A model generated the notes under the pieces. The model searched no databases. It was given only the letters and a program-made list of their open reading frames with translations, and was not told where the DNA came from. Made by a program: the position numbers and the translations under genes. 53,651 bases of DNA from Fimbriiglobus sp. (GTDB lineage: Bacteria > Planctomycetota > Planctomycetia > Gemmatales > Gemmataceae), in contig JAYUFU010000045.1 in NCBI GenBank assembly GCA_043738505.1, positions 1 through 53,651 of the forward strand, read 5' to 3'. The number at the start of each line of letters is the position of its first letter. Position 1 is the stretch's first letter. Positions 17,591 to 26,331 of this stretch are shown piece by piece.

Positions 17591-18931
17591 ATGAACCCCA
17601 CCCTCCTCGACTTCGACATCGCCTTTGCCGACGCCGACCTCGACCTCGACCGCGTGTTCGTGGTGTCGGACCCGCACTTCGGTCACGCCAACATCATCAA
17701 GTACTGCCGCCGCCCGTTCGCCGACGCGGACGAGATGGACCGCCAGTTGATCGCGCGGTGGAACGCCACCGTCCCGCCAGACGCCACCGTTTGGCTGCTC
17801 GGCGACGTGACCGTGAAGCCGGAAAAGCTCGGCCCGCTCCTCCGCCAGTTGAACGGGCGGAAACTCCTGGTGGCCGGCAACCACGACCAGCCACACCCGG
17901 TCAGCCTGAGCAACAAGGGCCGCCAACCGGAGGAGTTGGCCGGTTACGCCCGTGCCTACCGCGCCGCCGGGTTCGACGCCGTTCACCTTGGCGGGGCGTT
18001 CACGCTGCCCGACTTCGGCCGGGTGCTGGTCTGCCACTACCCGTACTCGAACGGACCCGACCACCTACGGGTGCGGTTCCCGGACGACGGCGAAACCCCG
18101 CTGCTGCACGGCCACGTCCACGACAAGTGGCGGTTCAAGGGGCGAATGCTGAACGTCGGCGTGGAGGTGCAGGACTACCGGCCGGTGTCGTTGCGGGACA
18201 TCCGCGACCTGTTCCGCGCCGAGCGCGCCGCCGGGTGGCCGACACTTGGGGAACCGGAAGACGAGAAGATGCCGAACGCGCCGGCGACGCCGGAACTGCC
18301 GCCGAACGAGCGGATGCACTTCCGTCGCTGGTTCGTGCTGGCGGACGGAGGTTTGCCACCGGACCTGCCCGGCGCGGGTCAGCGCACGACGACCGTGGAC
18401 GGCACCACGCTGCTCGAAGTCTGGATCGACGGCTCGAACCCGGACGCCGAGTTGCTCTGGCGGCGCTGCTACCTGTCGCCGGCGCTGACGCTCGCCGCAA
18501 TCCAGATGATCTCGCCGATTCCGTGGGGCGGCTCGGTGCGCCTGTCCGCCGAGGAGCGGGTGGCCCAATCCGCCGTGCCGTACTTCAACGAATCCTGCCA
18601 GATGATCGAGTTCCCCCCGTTCGAGACGCCGACCGTGCTGAAGTGGCTGGCGACCGCGTTCAGCCCCGCCGAACCAGAACCGCTGACCGACGGCGGGCGC
18701 GTGGGGACGCAGTGGCGGTTCGCGGGTGCCAACGGCCGAGAGGTGATCGTCCAGCGGCTCCACCGCCTCGACGCCGACGGGCGAAAGGTGGGGAATTCCG
18801 AACTGGCAACGCTGTACCCGTGGTTCCCGAAAGGGACACCACCAGACGCCGCGATGATCGAAACGATCCTGCTGCACCGCCGTTTGCCGTTCCGCGACCC
18901 GAAGTCGGTCACTCTGTACGAACCGGCATAG
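17591..18931 (+). CDS. metallophosphoesterase fused to an uncharacterised C-terminal domain of about 240 aa
   Basis: ATG at 17591 follows GGAGA. The N-terminal calcineurin-like motifs are VVSDPHFGH, LLGDV, VAGNHD and LLHGHVH. The C-terminal half (about residue 205 onward) is not recognisable. Confidence 0.75.
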   Translation: MNPTLLDFDIAFADADLDLDRVFVVSDPHFGHANIIKYCRRPFADADEMDRQLIARWNATVPPDATVWLLGDVTVKPEKLGPLLRQLNGRKLLVAGNHDQPHPVSLSNKGRQPEELAGYARAYRAAGFDAVHLGGAFTLPDFGRVLVCHYPYSNGPDHLRVRFPDDGETPLLHGHVHDKWRFKGRMLNVGVEVQDYRPVSLRDIRDLFRAERAAGWPTLGEPEDEKMPNAPATPELPPNERMHFRRWFVLADGGLPPDLPGAGQRTTTVDGTTLLEVWIDGSNPDAELLWRRCYLSPALTLAAIQMISPIPWGGSVRLSAEERVAQSAVPYFNESCQMIEFPPFETPTVLKWLATAFSPAEPEPLTDGGRVGTQWRFAGANGREVIVQRLHRLDADGRKVGNSELATLYPWFPKGTPPDAAMIETILLHRRLPFRDPKSVTLYEPA

Positions 18932-18988
18932 CGGCGTGTGCTACGGTGCAGGGGCAGTTGGCCGCGCCCGCCTCAGAGAGAACGACGG

Positions 18989-19756
18989 ATGACTCCGCGC
19001 TCCGGCCTCGTCCGCTTCGCCCTGCCGCTGCTGTTCGCGGCGACGGCGGTGTCGGTGAACTTCGCCGCCTTCCGCCGAGGTTCCCCCGACCCGTTCGCCG
19101 TGTGGCACCCGGCCGATTCCGTCACGCCCGTGCCCGGCCCGTTGCCGCCGGCCCCGTCCGCGTGGGATAGCCGCTATCAGGCGTTCGTCAGCCCGCAGTC
19201 GGCGGCGGAGCTGGTATTCCTCGGCGACTCGCTGACGCACGGCTGGTCGGCCGCCCCGGAGGCGTGGAAGGGGGTGACGGCGGGACGAACCGCGAAGCGG
19301 TTCGGCGTCCCCGGCGACACCACGAACATCCTGCTCTGGCGGATCGAGGAGGGTTTGCTCGACGGCCCGCCGGCGAAGGTGGTGGTGATCCTGATCGGCA
19401 CGAACAACAAGCGCCAGACGGCGGATCCGGCGGACATCGCGGCCGGCGTGGCGGCGGTGGCGAACGCGGTGCGGGCGAAGTGGCCGGCGGCGAAGGTGCT
19501 GCTCCTCGCGATCCCGCCCGAAGGCCGCTGGGCCGACGACTCCCGCCGCGCGCTGTCCGCCGAAGTGAACGCCCGAACACAAGCATTTGCAGCTGCCAAC
19601 GGGTTTGCCTTCCACGACTTCGGCGCGTGCCTGCTGACCCGCGACGGTGAGATGACCCCGGCCATCAGCGACGACGAAACGCACTTCACCAAGGCCGGTT
19701 ACGCCCGTATCGCCGCCGACCTGCGCCCGGTGATCGACCGCGCGTTCGGGAGGTGA
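18989..19756 (+). CDS. secreted SGNH/GDSL hydrolase
   Basis: Signal-like N-terminus, block I FLGDSLTHGW, block III ILIGTNN, and a C-terminal DxxH-like DDETHFT. Confidence 0.8.
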   Translation: MTPRSGLVRFALPLLFAATAVSVNFAAFRRGSPDPFAVWHPADSVTPVPGPLPPAPSAWDSRYQAFVSPQSAAELVFLGDSLTHGWSAAPEAWKGVTAGRTAKRFGVPGDTTNILLWRIEEGLLDGPPAKVVVILIGTNNKRQTADPADIAAGVAAVANAVRAKWPAAKVLLLAIPPEGRWADDSRRALSAEVNARTQAFAAANGFAFHDFGACLLTRDGEMTPAISDDETHFTKAGYARIAADLRPVIDRAFGR

Positions 19757-19765
19757 CCAACCACG

Positions 19766-19823
19766 TCGTCACCGCGAGCTTGCGAGCGGGACTGCTGACC
19801 CGCCCGCAAGCTCGCGGCGACGA
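19766..19823 (-). terminator. 25-bp hairpin between convergent genes
   Basis: Arms 19766-19790 and 19799-19823. The two mismatches become G-U pairs only in the minus-strand RNA, downstream of the gene ending at 19836. There is no clear U-tract. Confidence 0.45.
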
Positions 19824-19835
19824 TGTCGCTCGCCC

Positions 19836-20618
19836 TCACCCCATCGGCAGGTGGTCCTTGCCCGGCAGTTGCACCGGGGCCAGCGACCCCTTCCCGCCGA
19901 GGATCAGCTTCTGCAAGTCGTCGGTGCCGACCGGGTGCGGCAGCGCGAACAGCTCGCCGTACATGAACCCGCACCGCGCGCCCTGGTAGCCGTTCGCCGA
20001 GCTGATGAAGTGCTTCACCTTGTCGAACCGGGCCACGTCGAACTGCGACTCGTAGGCCCGGATCGCGGTCAGCTTCTGCTCCATCGTATCCGTGATATCC
20101 ACCACGAAGGTACTGTGCCACTGCCGCTGTTCCGCGTCACTCGGGAACGGCGCGTACACCAGGTGCGGCACACGGTACGGGCCGGTGTCGGCGAACCGCT
20201 CGTCCCACTTCGTCAGTTGCGAGTAGAACCGCGACGCCTCGATGATCATGTGCCCTTGGTGGTGGTCCGGGGACGCGGCGGGAGTGCGGCCGGCGGTGCA
20301 AATGACCGTCGTCGGCCGGTAGCGGCGGAACTCGGTCGCCAGGCGGTACCGCATCTCCGGCCCGTCCATCAGCACGCGGTTCGGCAGGTCGATGTTGATC
20401 CGCACCTGCACGCCGAGCGCGACCCGCGCGGCCTCGGCTTCCTTCTGGCGGGTCTCGACGCTGCCGCGGGGCGTCGGCTCGCCGCTGCACAGGTCGAAGA
20501 TGCCGACGCGGTAGCCCTGCGCCACCAGCTTGGCCAGCGTGCCGCCGCACAGGATTTCCAGGTCGTCCGGGTGCGGGGCGACGGCCACCACGTCCAGCCG
20601 TTCGGTCGCGTCGGTCAT
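19836..20618 (-). CDS. PIG-L/LmbE-family N-acetylglucosaminyl deacetylase (BshB1-like)
   Basis: VVAVAPHPDDLEILCGGTLAKL ... HQGH motifs are typical of the LmbE/PIG-L family. Confidence 0.85.
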   Translation of the reverse strand: MTDATERLDVVAVAPHPDDLEILCGGTLAKLVAQGYRVGIFDLCSGEPTPRGSVETRQKEAEAARVALGVQVRINIDLPNRVLMDGPEMRYRLATEFRRYRPTTVICTAGRTPAASPDHHQGHMIIEASRFYSQLTKWDERFADTGPYRVPHLVYAPFPSDAEQRQWHSTFVVDITDTMEQKLTAIRAYESQFDVARFDKVKHFISSANGYQGARCGFMYGELFALPHPVGTDDLQKLILGGKGSLAPVQLPGKDHLPMG

Positions 20619-20644
20619 ATCGGGGAGTCTCGCGGGTGTCGGGG

Positions 20645-22243
20645 CTAGTTCAGCTTCAATCGCGGCATCCGCACGCCGAGGTCGTCGCCGCGCGCGTCCG
20701 CCGGATTGAAGACGGGATCGGTGAGTAGTTTACCGCCGTCGTCGATGCCGTTTACACCGACGCTGTAGAAGAGGTAGCCGTCCTTCGCCGGCTTGTAGAC
20801 CAGCGGCTTCCCGCTGAACAGGTCGTCCGGCACCTTCGCCAGGTACTTCGGCGCGAGGTCGTCCAACTTCGCCGGGTACTGGCCGGTGTCGGCGAAGTGC
20901 CCAGCCAGCGCGACGGCGACGAGGAGGTTTTGGTGTTCCTGAGCCATTCGGTCTTGCAGAACGTGTACATACCTCGACACCACGAGGCCAAGGCACCGAA
21001 GCCGCGCTTCGATGGCCGACGTGACGGTCGTGCGTAACTTCTCGGCGTCCTTCTCCTCTAGCAGCGCCGCCACGTCCTCAAGCCTGTCAGGGATCGTGAA
21101 TTCGTGATCCTGGGGACTCGGGAAGTCCGCCAAGAGCGACACGAAAGCCGCGACCCTCTCTCCGTGAGTCGGCAGCCGGAGTGCGCTCGCCGCGCGATCC
21201 GAGGTGGCGTTCACCGAGCGAAGGAGGACTTCGAAATCCAACTTCCCGACACTCGCTTCACGTTTCGCCGCCGGCAGTTTCCGCCTCCGCTTGTCGGAGT
21301 GCGTGAGCGCCCGCAACCCCTCGCGCCGGAACACCCGCAGGAAGTCCAACCCGTGGAACCGCTCCCCCTCGGCGACGATATCGGCGAGAGGGGGCTTGGG
21401 CGGGAGGGAGCGGAGGTCATCGCCGTACCGCTCGGCTTGCGCCGCCGACGGGAGCGCGAGTTCGAGGACCGCCAGCGCCCGGCAGGTGGCGATATGCTCC
21501 ACGGCGCTGGCGACCAAGTCGTGGATCAAGAACCCACCACTCGCGTAGTGCCGGCCGAGGCGGTAGAGGGTGAGAACGTCTTGCCACGCCGCGGCGTAGG
21601 CTCTCTCCCCGCATCGGAGATTCGCCCTCGCCGCGAGGGCGGCGGTCAAATCGCGGACGGCGGTGTTCAAGTTCGAGCCGTGGCTCCGGGTCAATCCCGT
21701 CACGCCGTCCTTGCTCCGCCCCACGACCGGCAAGTAGAATGCCGCCAACTTCACGGCCGCCTCCACCTGCGCTAGCGGCCCCTTGTTTTTCCGTAGCCAC
21801 CGGGCGAACTTGGGGTCATCCGCCGCCGCCCACGGTTCGTTTTGCCGGCAGGTCAGCCGGTGGCCGAAACCGGTCAGTCCGTTGAAAGCGATCTCCCAAC
21901 GGAACTCCGCCTGGAGTGGCACATAGTATTCGCCTTTCTCCGCCGGCGGCTCGGTGCCCAGCCATTTGTAGAAGTCGGGGTGGAGTCGTTTGCCTTCCGG
22001 CTTCGGGCCGAGGGCTTCCAAAAGCCACGCTACTACATTCGTTTCCGGCCCGATATCGCCGCGCAGCCGTTCGTTCAGCGCCGTCTCGTAATCGACGAAC
22101 CCTTCGGCGTCGAGCGGCTCGGTGAGGAACGTCGTGTCCTTGTCGAGCTTGAAGTCGGACGTGAACTTGGGCCGTTGGTCCCGACCGACACCGTTGCCAA
22201 ACAAACGCCGGATGCGCTCCATCAGGCGACCGAGACCGAGCAT
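20645..22243 (-). CDS. hypothetical protein (532 aa)
   Basis: ATG at 22243 has GAGGG 8 nt upstream, and GC3 bias is consistent. No family is recognised. The C-terminus (GKPLVYKPAKDGYLFYSVGVNGIDDGG) resembles the C-terminal beta region of type II secretion pseudopilin-like proteins. Confidence 0.7.
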   Translation of the reverse strand: MLGLGRLMERIRRLFGNGVGRDQRPKFTSDFKLDKDTTFLTEPLDAEGFVDYETALNERLRGDIGPETNVVAWLLEALGPKPEGKRLHPDFYKWLGTEPPAEKGEYYVPLQAEFRWEIAFNGLTGFGHRLTCRQNEPWAAADDPKFARWLRKNKGPLAQVEAAVKLAAFYLPVVGRSKDGVTGLTRSHGSNLNTAVRDLTAALAARANLRCGERAYAAAWQDVLTLYRLGRHYASGGFLIHDLVASAVEHIATCRALAVLELALPSAAQAERYGDDLRSLPPKPPLADIVAEGERFHGLDFLRVFRREGLRALTHSDKRRRKLPAAKREASVGKLDFEVLLRSVNATSDRAASALRLPTHGERVAAFVSLLADFPSPQDHEFTIPDRLEDVAALLEEKDAEKLRTTVTSAIEARLRCLGLVVSRYVHVLQDRMAQEHQNLLVAVALAGHFADTGQYPAKLDDLAPKYLAKVPDDLFSGKPLVYKPAKDGYLFYSVGVNGIDDGGKLLTDPVFNPADARGDDLGVRMPRLKLN

Positions 22244-22285
22244 GGGCTGACCCTCGTGGCGGAAGTGGATACCAAACCGTCCGGT

Positions 22286-23425
22286 TCACGCGCAGACCGC
22301 GCCAGCGGCGCAGCACTCGCAGCAACTGCCGCCGCCCTCCATCGCACAGCAGCAGCTCGTCCCGCAGCAGTTGTTGTCGGCGTTCTTCGTCGAAGTCTTC
22401 CCGTCGCCGGGCGGCTTGTCTTTCGCCTCGTCGTCGTTCTTCCGTTTGCGTCGCCACGGCTTCTTGCCCTCGTCCTCCGGTGTCGGTTCGGCCGGCTGCA
22501 TCCCGTAGGGCGACTCGTCCGGGTTCGGCCCGGCCATCGCCAGCAGCGGCTTCGCCTTCAGGAACGCCAGCGTCTGCTTCCACGCCGGCACCGTCGGGCA
22601 CGCAACTGAGGCCAGTGGGTTGCGGGTGGCCAGCCGATCCGCGACGGCCGTGGCGGTGCGCGCCGCCGCGGACTGCGACCCGAACGTCAGTCGGCACCGC
22701 TCCGCCACGTCGTCCAGTTCGTTCACGCTGAACCGCATGGCGCTTCGCACCGCCGCTTCGTCCGGTAGCGGGTTGAACTCATTCCGCAGGCGGTCGCGTC
22801 GCCAGTCCACGGCGCAGTCGAACGCCAGCAGCGCGGCCCCGATGCCCTGGCCGATGGCGGTCAGCGGTTCGGCGAACGCCCCCATCCCCGGCAGCCGCGC
22901 GGCCAACCCGAAGACGTAGCCGAACGCGGCGGAAGTCGGTTCGACGTACTCCGTCAGCGGGATCGCGTCGGGTCGTGCTTCGAGCTTCGCATGGGCGGCG
23001 AGGAAGCCGTTCACGGTGGTGTCGAAGTTCGGGTCGAATTCGGCGAGGTGCGCCCGCGCCGCCCGGATGCGGCCCTTCAGCGCGAACCGCACGCCCCGCG
23101 CCAGCCACGAGCCGGAATCGCGGATGTCGTCGGTCAGTTTGATGTCGGCCAGCAGCAGCGCGAACGCCGCCGCGAATCGCCCGTGCGCGGCGTCGGCGGC
23201 CGCGCTCAGGTTGCCGGGCGACGCCAGTTTGCAGCACCGCACCGCCGGCATCACGGCCGCCGGGAACGCGCCGGCGTCGAGGGCGAGCTGGTAGGCGAAC
23301 ACCGCCTCGTAGCTGTGGAACGGCAGCGCCCGCACGCCGAACGCCCGCCGCAGGTGGACGCACACGCGGGCGTAGGCGTGGCGGTAACTGTCCGAATGCG
23401 GGCGCGGGCTGAGGAAGCCGAACAT
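22286..23425 (-). CDS. DUF5685-like protein with a C-terminal poly-cysteine tail
   Basis: The N-terminus MFGFLSPRPHSDSYRHAYARVCVHLRRAFG resembles the MFG...YR..C..C opening of DUF5685 proteins. The last 29 aa, NNCCGTSCCCAMEGGGSCCECCAAGAVCA, contain 10 Cys. Confidence 0.7.
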   Translation of the reverse strand: MFGFLSPRPHSDSYRHAYARVCVHLRRAFGVRALPFHSYEAVFAYQLALDAGAFPAAVMPAVRCCKLASPGNLSAAADAAHGRFAAAFALLLADIKLTDDIRDSGSWLARGVRFALKGRIRAARAHLAEFDPNFDTTVNGFLAAHAKLEARPDAIPLTEYVEPTSAAFGYVFGLAARLPGMGAFAEPLTAIGQGIGAALLAFDCAVDWRRDRLRNEFNPLPDEAAVRSAMRFSVNELDDVAERCRLTFGSQSAAARTATAVADRLATRNPLASVACPTVPAWKQTLAFLKAKPLLAMAGPNPDESPYGMQPAEPTPEDEGKKPWRRKRKNDDEAKDKPPGDGKTSTKNADNNCCGTSCCCAMEGGGSCCECCAAGAVCA

Positions 23426-23527
23426 GGGACGATCCGAAAGGGGACGGCGGGTCGTGAGGTGATGCTACCCGAACCCGGCGGCGGACGCCAACGGGACAAG
23501 TGTTGCGAGCCGCGACCGATTCACCCC

Positions 23528-23556
23528 TTGACGGCGTCCGACCCGCCGCTTAATAT
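23528..23556 (+). promoter_or_regulatory. sigma-70-type promoter candidate for the arsR operon
   Basis: TTGACG (23528-23533), 17-nt spacer, TAATAT (23551-23556), 35 nt upstream of the ATG. The short inverted repeat CAGTT-atgg-AACTG just downstream could be an operator. Confidence 0.5.
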
Positions 23557-23591
23557 CACCTTCCAGTTATGGAACTGATGGGTGATGCACC

Positions 23592-23927
23592 ATGCGACTT
23601 GCCAAGCGCCTCGACGCCACCTTCGCGGCCCTCGCCGACCCGACCCGGCGGGCCATCCTCGCCCGGCTGGCGACCGGCGCGGCGTCCGTCACCGACCTGG
23701 CCAAGCCGTTCAAAATCAGTCAACCTGCCATCTCGAAGCACTTGAAGGTGCTGGAGAAAGCCGGGCTGATCGCCACCGGCCAGGACGCCCAGCGACGGCC
23801 TCGGCGGATCGTCGCCAAGCCGCTCGCCGAGGCCAGCAAATGGCTGGAGGAATACCGCCAGTTGTGGCAAGCCAACTTCCAGCGACTCGACGACCTGCTC
23901 GACGAATTGAAGTCCCAACAGCCGTAA
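23592..23927 (+). CDS. ArsR/SmtB-family transcriptional regulator
   Basis: FAALADPTRRAILARL ... SVTDLAKPFKISQPAISKHLKVLEKAGLI is a classical ArsR winged HTH. No Cys/His metal-ligand motifs are present. Confidence 0.9.
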   Translation: MRLAKRLDATFAALADPTRRAILARLATGAASVTDLAKPFKISQPAISKHLKVLEKAGLIATGQDAQRRPRRIVAKPLAEASKWLEEYRQLWQANFQRLDDLLDELKSQQP

Positions 23928-23951
23928 CCCCTCACTCCCCGGAGTCCGCCC

Positions 23952-25193
23952 GTGAAGAAGAACGCGCTGTCGATCTCGACGCCGTCCGACCGGGAGATCG
24001 TCATCACCCGCGTCTTCCGCGCCGCGCGGCCCCTCGTCTGGGACTGCTGGACGAAGCCGGAACTGATGAAGAAGTGGCTGACCGGCCCGCCCGGTTGGAC
24101 GCTGGCCGAGTGCGCGGTCGATCTGCGGGTCGGCGGCAAGTACCGCTACGTCTGGCGAGACGCGGCCGGCACCGACATGGGCATGGGCGGCGTCCACCAG
24201 GAAGTCGCGGCCCCGGAGCGGCTCGTCAACACGCAGCTGTTCGACCAGGACTGGACCGGCGGCGAGGCGATCGACACGCTCGTCCTCACCGAGAAGGACG
24301 GAGTCACGACGGCGGTGAATACCGTCCTGTACGCCTCGAAGGAGGCCCGTGATGGCGCGCTGAAGTCCGGCATGGAAACGGGCATGGAGTACAGCTACCA
24401 GCAGATGGATGCGCTGCTGGCGGCGACGCGGGTGCGGCAACCGGGCGAGTTCTGCTGGATCAACATGCTCACCCCGCAGCCGGCGGAGGCGATGGCCTTC
24501 TTCGGCGAGCTGCTCGGCTGGACGTTCTTCGAGATGCCCGGCGTCGGCCACGGGGTGAAGGTCGGTGGCCGCGACTTCGGCGGCCTTTTCGACCTGAACG
24601 GCCCGAACACCCCGCCCGGCACGCCCGCGCACATCGGCGTCATGGTGAAGGTGGACAATGCCGACGCGATCGGCGCGAAGGTGACGGCCCTCGGCGGCAA
24701 GGCACTGCCGGCGTTCGACGTGTTCGACGCCGGGCGGATGGCCGTCTGCTTCGACCCGACCGGCGCGGCGTTCGACGTGTGGGAACCCAAGAAGATGCCC
24801 GGAACGGATGTCGATCCCACGCTGCCGGGCGCGCCGTGCTGGTTCGAGACGCTGACCACCGACGTGCCGCGCGCGACCGCGTTCTACACCGCCCTCTTCG
24901 GTTGGACGGCAACCGCCAAGCCTTCGGCGGTTCCCGGACATGGGTACACCGAGTTCGCCCTCGGCCCGATCCCCGTCGGCGGGATGATGCCGATCCTGCC
25001 GCACATGGGCGAGTTCCCGCCGCACTGGGCGGTCTACTTCACCGTGGCGGACGTGGACGCCACGGCGGCGCGGGCGGTCGAACTCGGCGGCTCCGTCCGC
25101 GTGCCGCCGATGGACATCCCGAACGTCGGCCGCTTCGCCGGCCTGCTGTCCCCGCACGGCGTGTCATTCAACGTCATCACGGTGGCGGGGTAG
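23952..25193 (+). CDS. SRPBCC (AHSA1-like) domain fused to two VOC/glyoxalase-like domains
   Basis: GTG start. The N-terminal part (REIVITRVFRAARPLVWDCWTKPELMKKW..GGKYRY) is AHSA1/SRPBCC-like. It is followed by two glyoxalase-like repeats (FFGELLGWTF.., FYTALFGWTA..). Confidence 0.8.
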   Translation: MKKNALSISTPSDREIVITRVFRAARPLVWDCWTKPELMKKWLTGPPGWTLAECAVDLRVGGKYRYVWRDAAGTDMGMGGVHQEVAAPERLVNTQLFDQDWTGGEAIDTLVLTEKDGVTTAVNTVLYASKEARDGALKSGMETGMEYSYQQMDALLAATRVRQPGEFCWINMLTPQPAEAMAFFGELLGWTFFEMPGVGHGVKVGGRDFGGLFDLNGPNTPPGTPAHIGVMVKVDNADAIGAKVTALGGKALPAFDVFDAGRMAVCFDPTGAAFDVWEPKKMPGTDVDPTLPGAPCWFETLTTDVPRATAFYTALFGWTATAKPSAVPGHGYTEFALGPIPVGGMMPILPHMGEFPPHWAVYFTVADVDATAARAVELGGSVRVPPMDIPNVGRFAGLLSPHGVSFNVITVAG

Positions 25194-25279
25194 GGACGGG
25201 TACGTTTTCTGGTGAACCGGTGGCGTGAGCCGCCTGGGCCGCGCCGCCGGTTCGCCGGAATCCCGGAATCCACTTGCGG

Positions 25280-25309
25280 TTGACGGCCGCGCGGCCGGCG
25301 GGCTAGATT
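25280..25309 (+). promoter_or_regulatory. sigma-70-type promoter candidate
   Basis: TTGACG (25280-25285), 18-nt spacer, TAGATT (25304-25309), 44 nt upstream of the ATG at 25353. Confidence 0.35.
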
Positions 25310-25352
25310 CTGCCACCCGCCGGTTCCACCCGGTCCGCGGAAGGACCGCCGC

Positions 25353-26327
25353 ATGACCCCGCGCACGCTCCCCGACCTGTTCCCCGACGCGACCGCCGAG
25401 GTCGCCGTCGAGTGGGACGACGCGCCGTGTCCGCTGTGCGGCCGGCACGACGAGGAGCCGCGGTTCGAGGCCGCCGACCCGACCCCCGAAGTGGACCGGC
25501 CGGGCCTGCGGTTCCTCGTCGTCCGCTGCCGGCTGTGCGGGCTGACGTACACCAACCCCCGCCCGTCCGCCGACACCATCGACCGCTTCTACCCGGCCGA
25601 CTACCAGCCGCACCGCCGGCCGTCGAAGGCCAGCATCGCCCGCCGCGCGCGGCCGTGGGCGGAGCGGCTGTTCGGCCGCCCGTGCCGGGAGCGGCGAGGC
25701 GTGCTGCCGTGGCCCGGCGTCGGCCGGCTGCTGGATTTCGGCTGCGGCGGCGGCAGTTACCTGAAGCGGATGGCCGCCCTCGGCTGGCGCGTCACCGGCA
25801 TGGACTCGTCGACCGAAATGGTGGACCGGGTGCGGGACGAACTCGGCCTGAACGCCATCGCCGGCACGCTGCCCCACCGCGACTTGCGGCCGTGTTCGTT
25901 CGACGTGGTGACGCTGTGGCACTCGCTGGAACACGTTCACGACCCGCTCGCCACCCTCCGCGAGGTGTACCGCCTGCTGGTGCCGGGGGGCAAGGTGGTG
26001 ATCGCCTGCCCGAACATCGACAGTTGGGCGTTCCGCCGGTTCGGGGCGAGCTGGTTCGGCCTGGACTTGCCCCGCCATTTGACGCACTTCACGCCGGTCA
26101 CGCTGGGTCACATGCTGCACGCCGCCGGACTGCGGCTCGAGGGCGTGCGGGGCATCCGCCACACCGACTGGCTGCGGAGCAGCGCCCGCCGGTCGGCCGC
26201 CTCGCGCCGCGGCTCGACGACCGACCACCTGCTGACGTGGAAGCCGGCCGCCAAGTTCGCCGGGTGGGTGGCGTACCTGATGGGCGGCAGCGACTGCCTG
26301 CTCGCCGTCGCCGAGCGGCCGGGCTGA
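25353..26327 (+). CDS. class I SAM-dependent methyltransferase with N-terminal Cys4 zinc-ribbon
   Basis: CPLCG...CRLCG ribbon, SAM motif I LLDFGCGGGSYL, and post-I GMDSS. Confidence 0.85.
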   Translation: MTPRTLPDLFPDATAEVAVEWDDAPCPLCGRHDEEPRFEAADPTPEVDRPGLRFLVVRCRLCGLTYTNPRPSADTIDRFYPADYQPHRRPSKASIARRARPWAERLFGRPCRERRGVLPWPGVGRLLDFGCGGGSYLKRMAALGWRVTGMDSSTEMVDRVRDELGLNAIAGTLPHRDLRPCSFDVVTLWHSLEHVHDPLATLREVYRLLVPGGKVVIACPNIDSWAFRRFGASWFGLDLPRHLTHFTPVTLGHMLHAAGLRLEGVRGIRHTDWLRSSARRSAASRRGSTTDHLLTWKPAAKFAGWVAYLMGGSDCLLAVAERPG

Positions 26328-26331
26328 AGCG

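Noticed and set aside
23426-23927. Idea that the divergent ArsR/SmtB regulator is a metal sensor controlling the poly-Cys-tailed protein, as in smtB-smtA
   Set aside because: The ArsR protein has no Cys and essentially no His ligand motifs. It is followed by an SRPBCC/AHSA1 gene, a common non-metal ArsR operon type. Shared regulation through the 166-nt divergent region remains possible but is unsupported.
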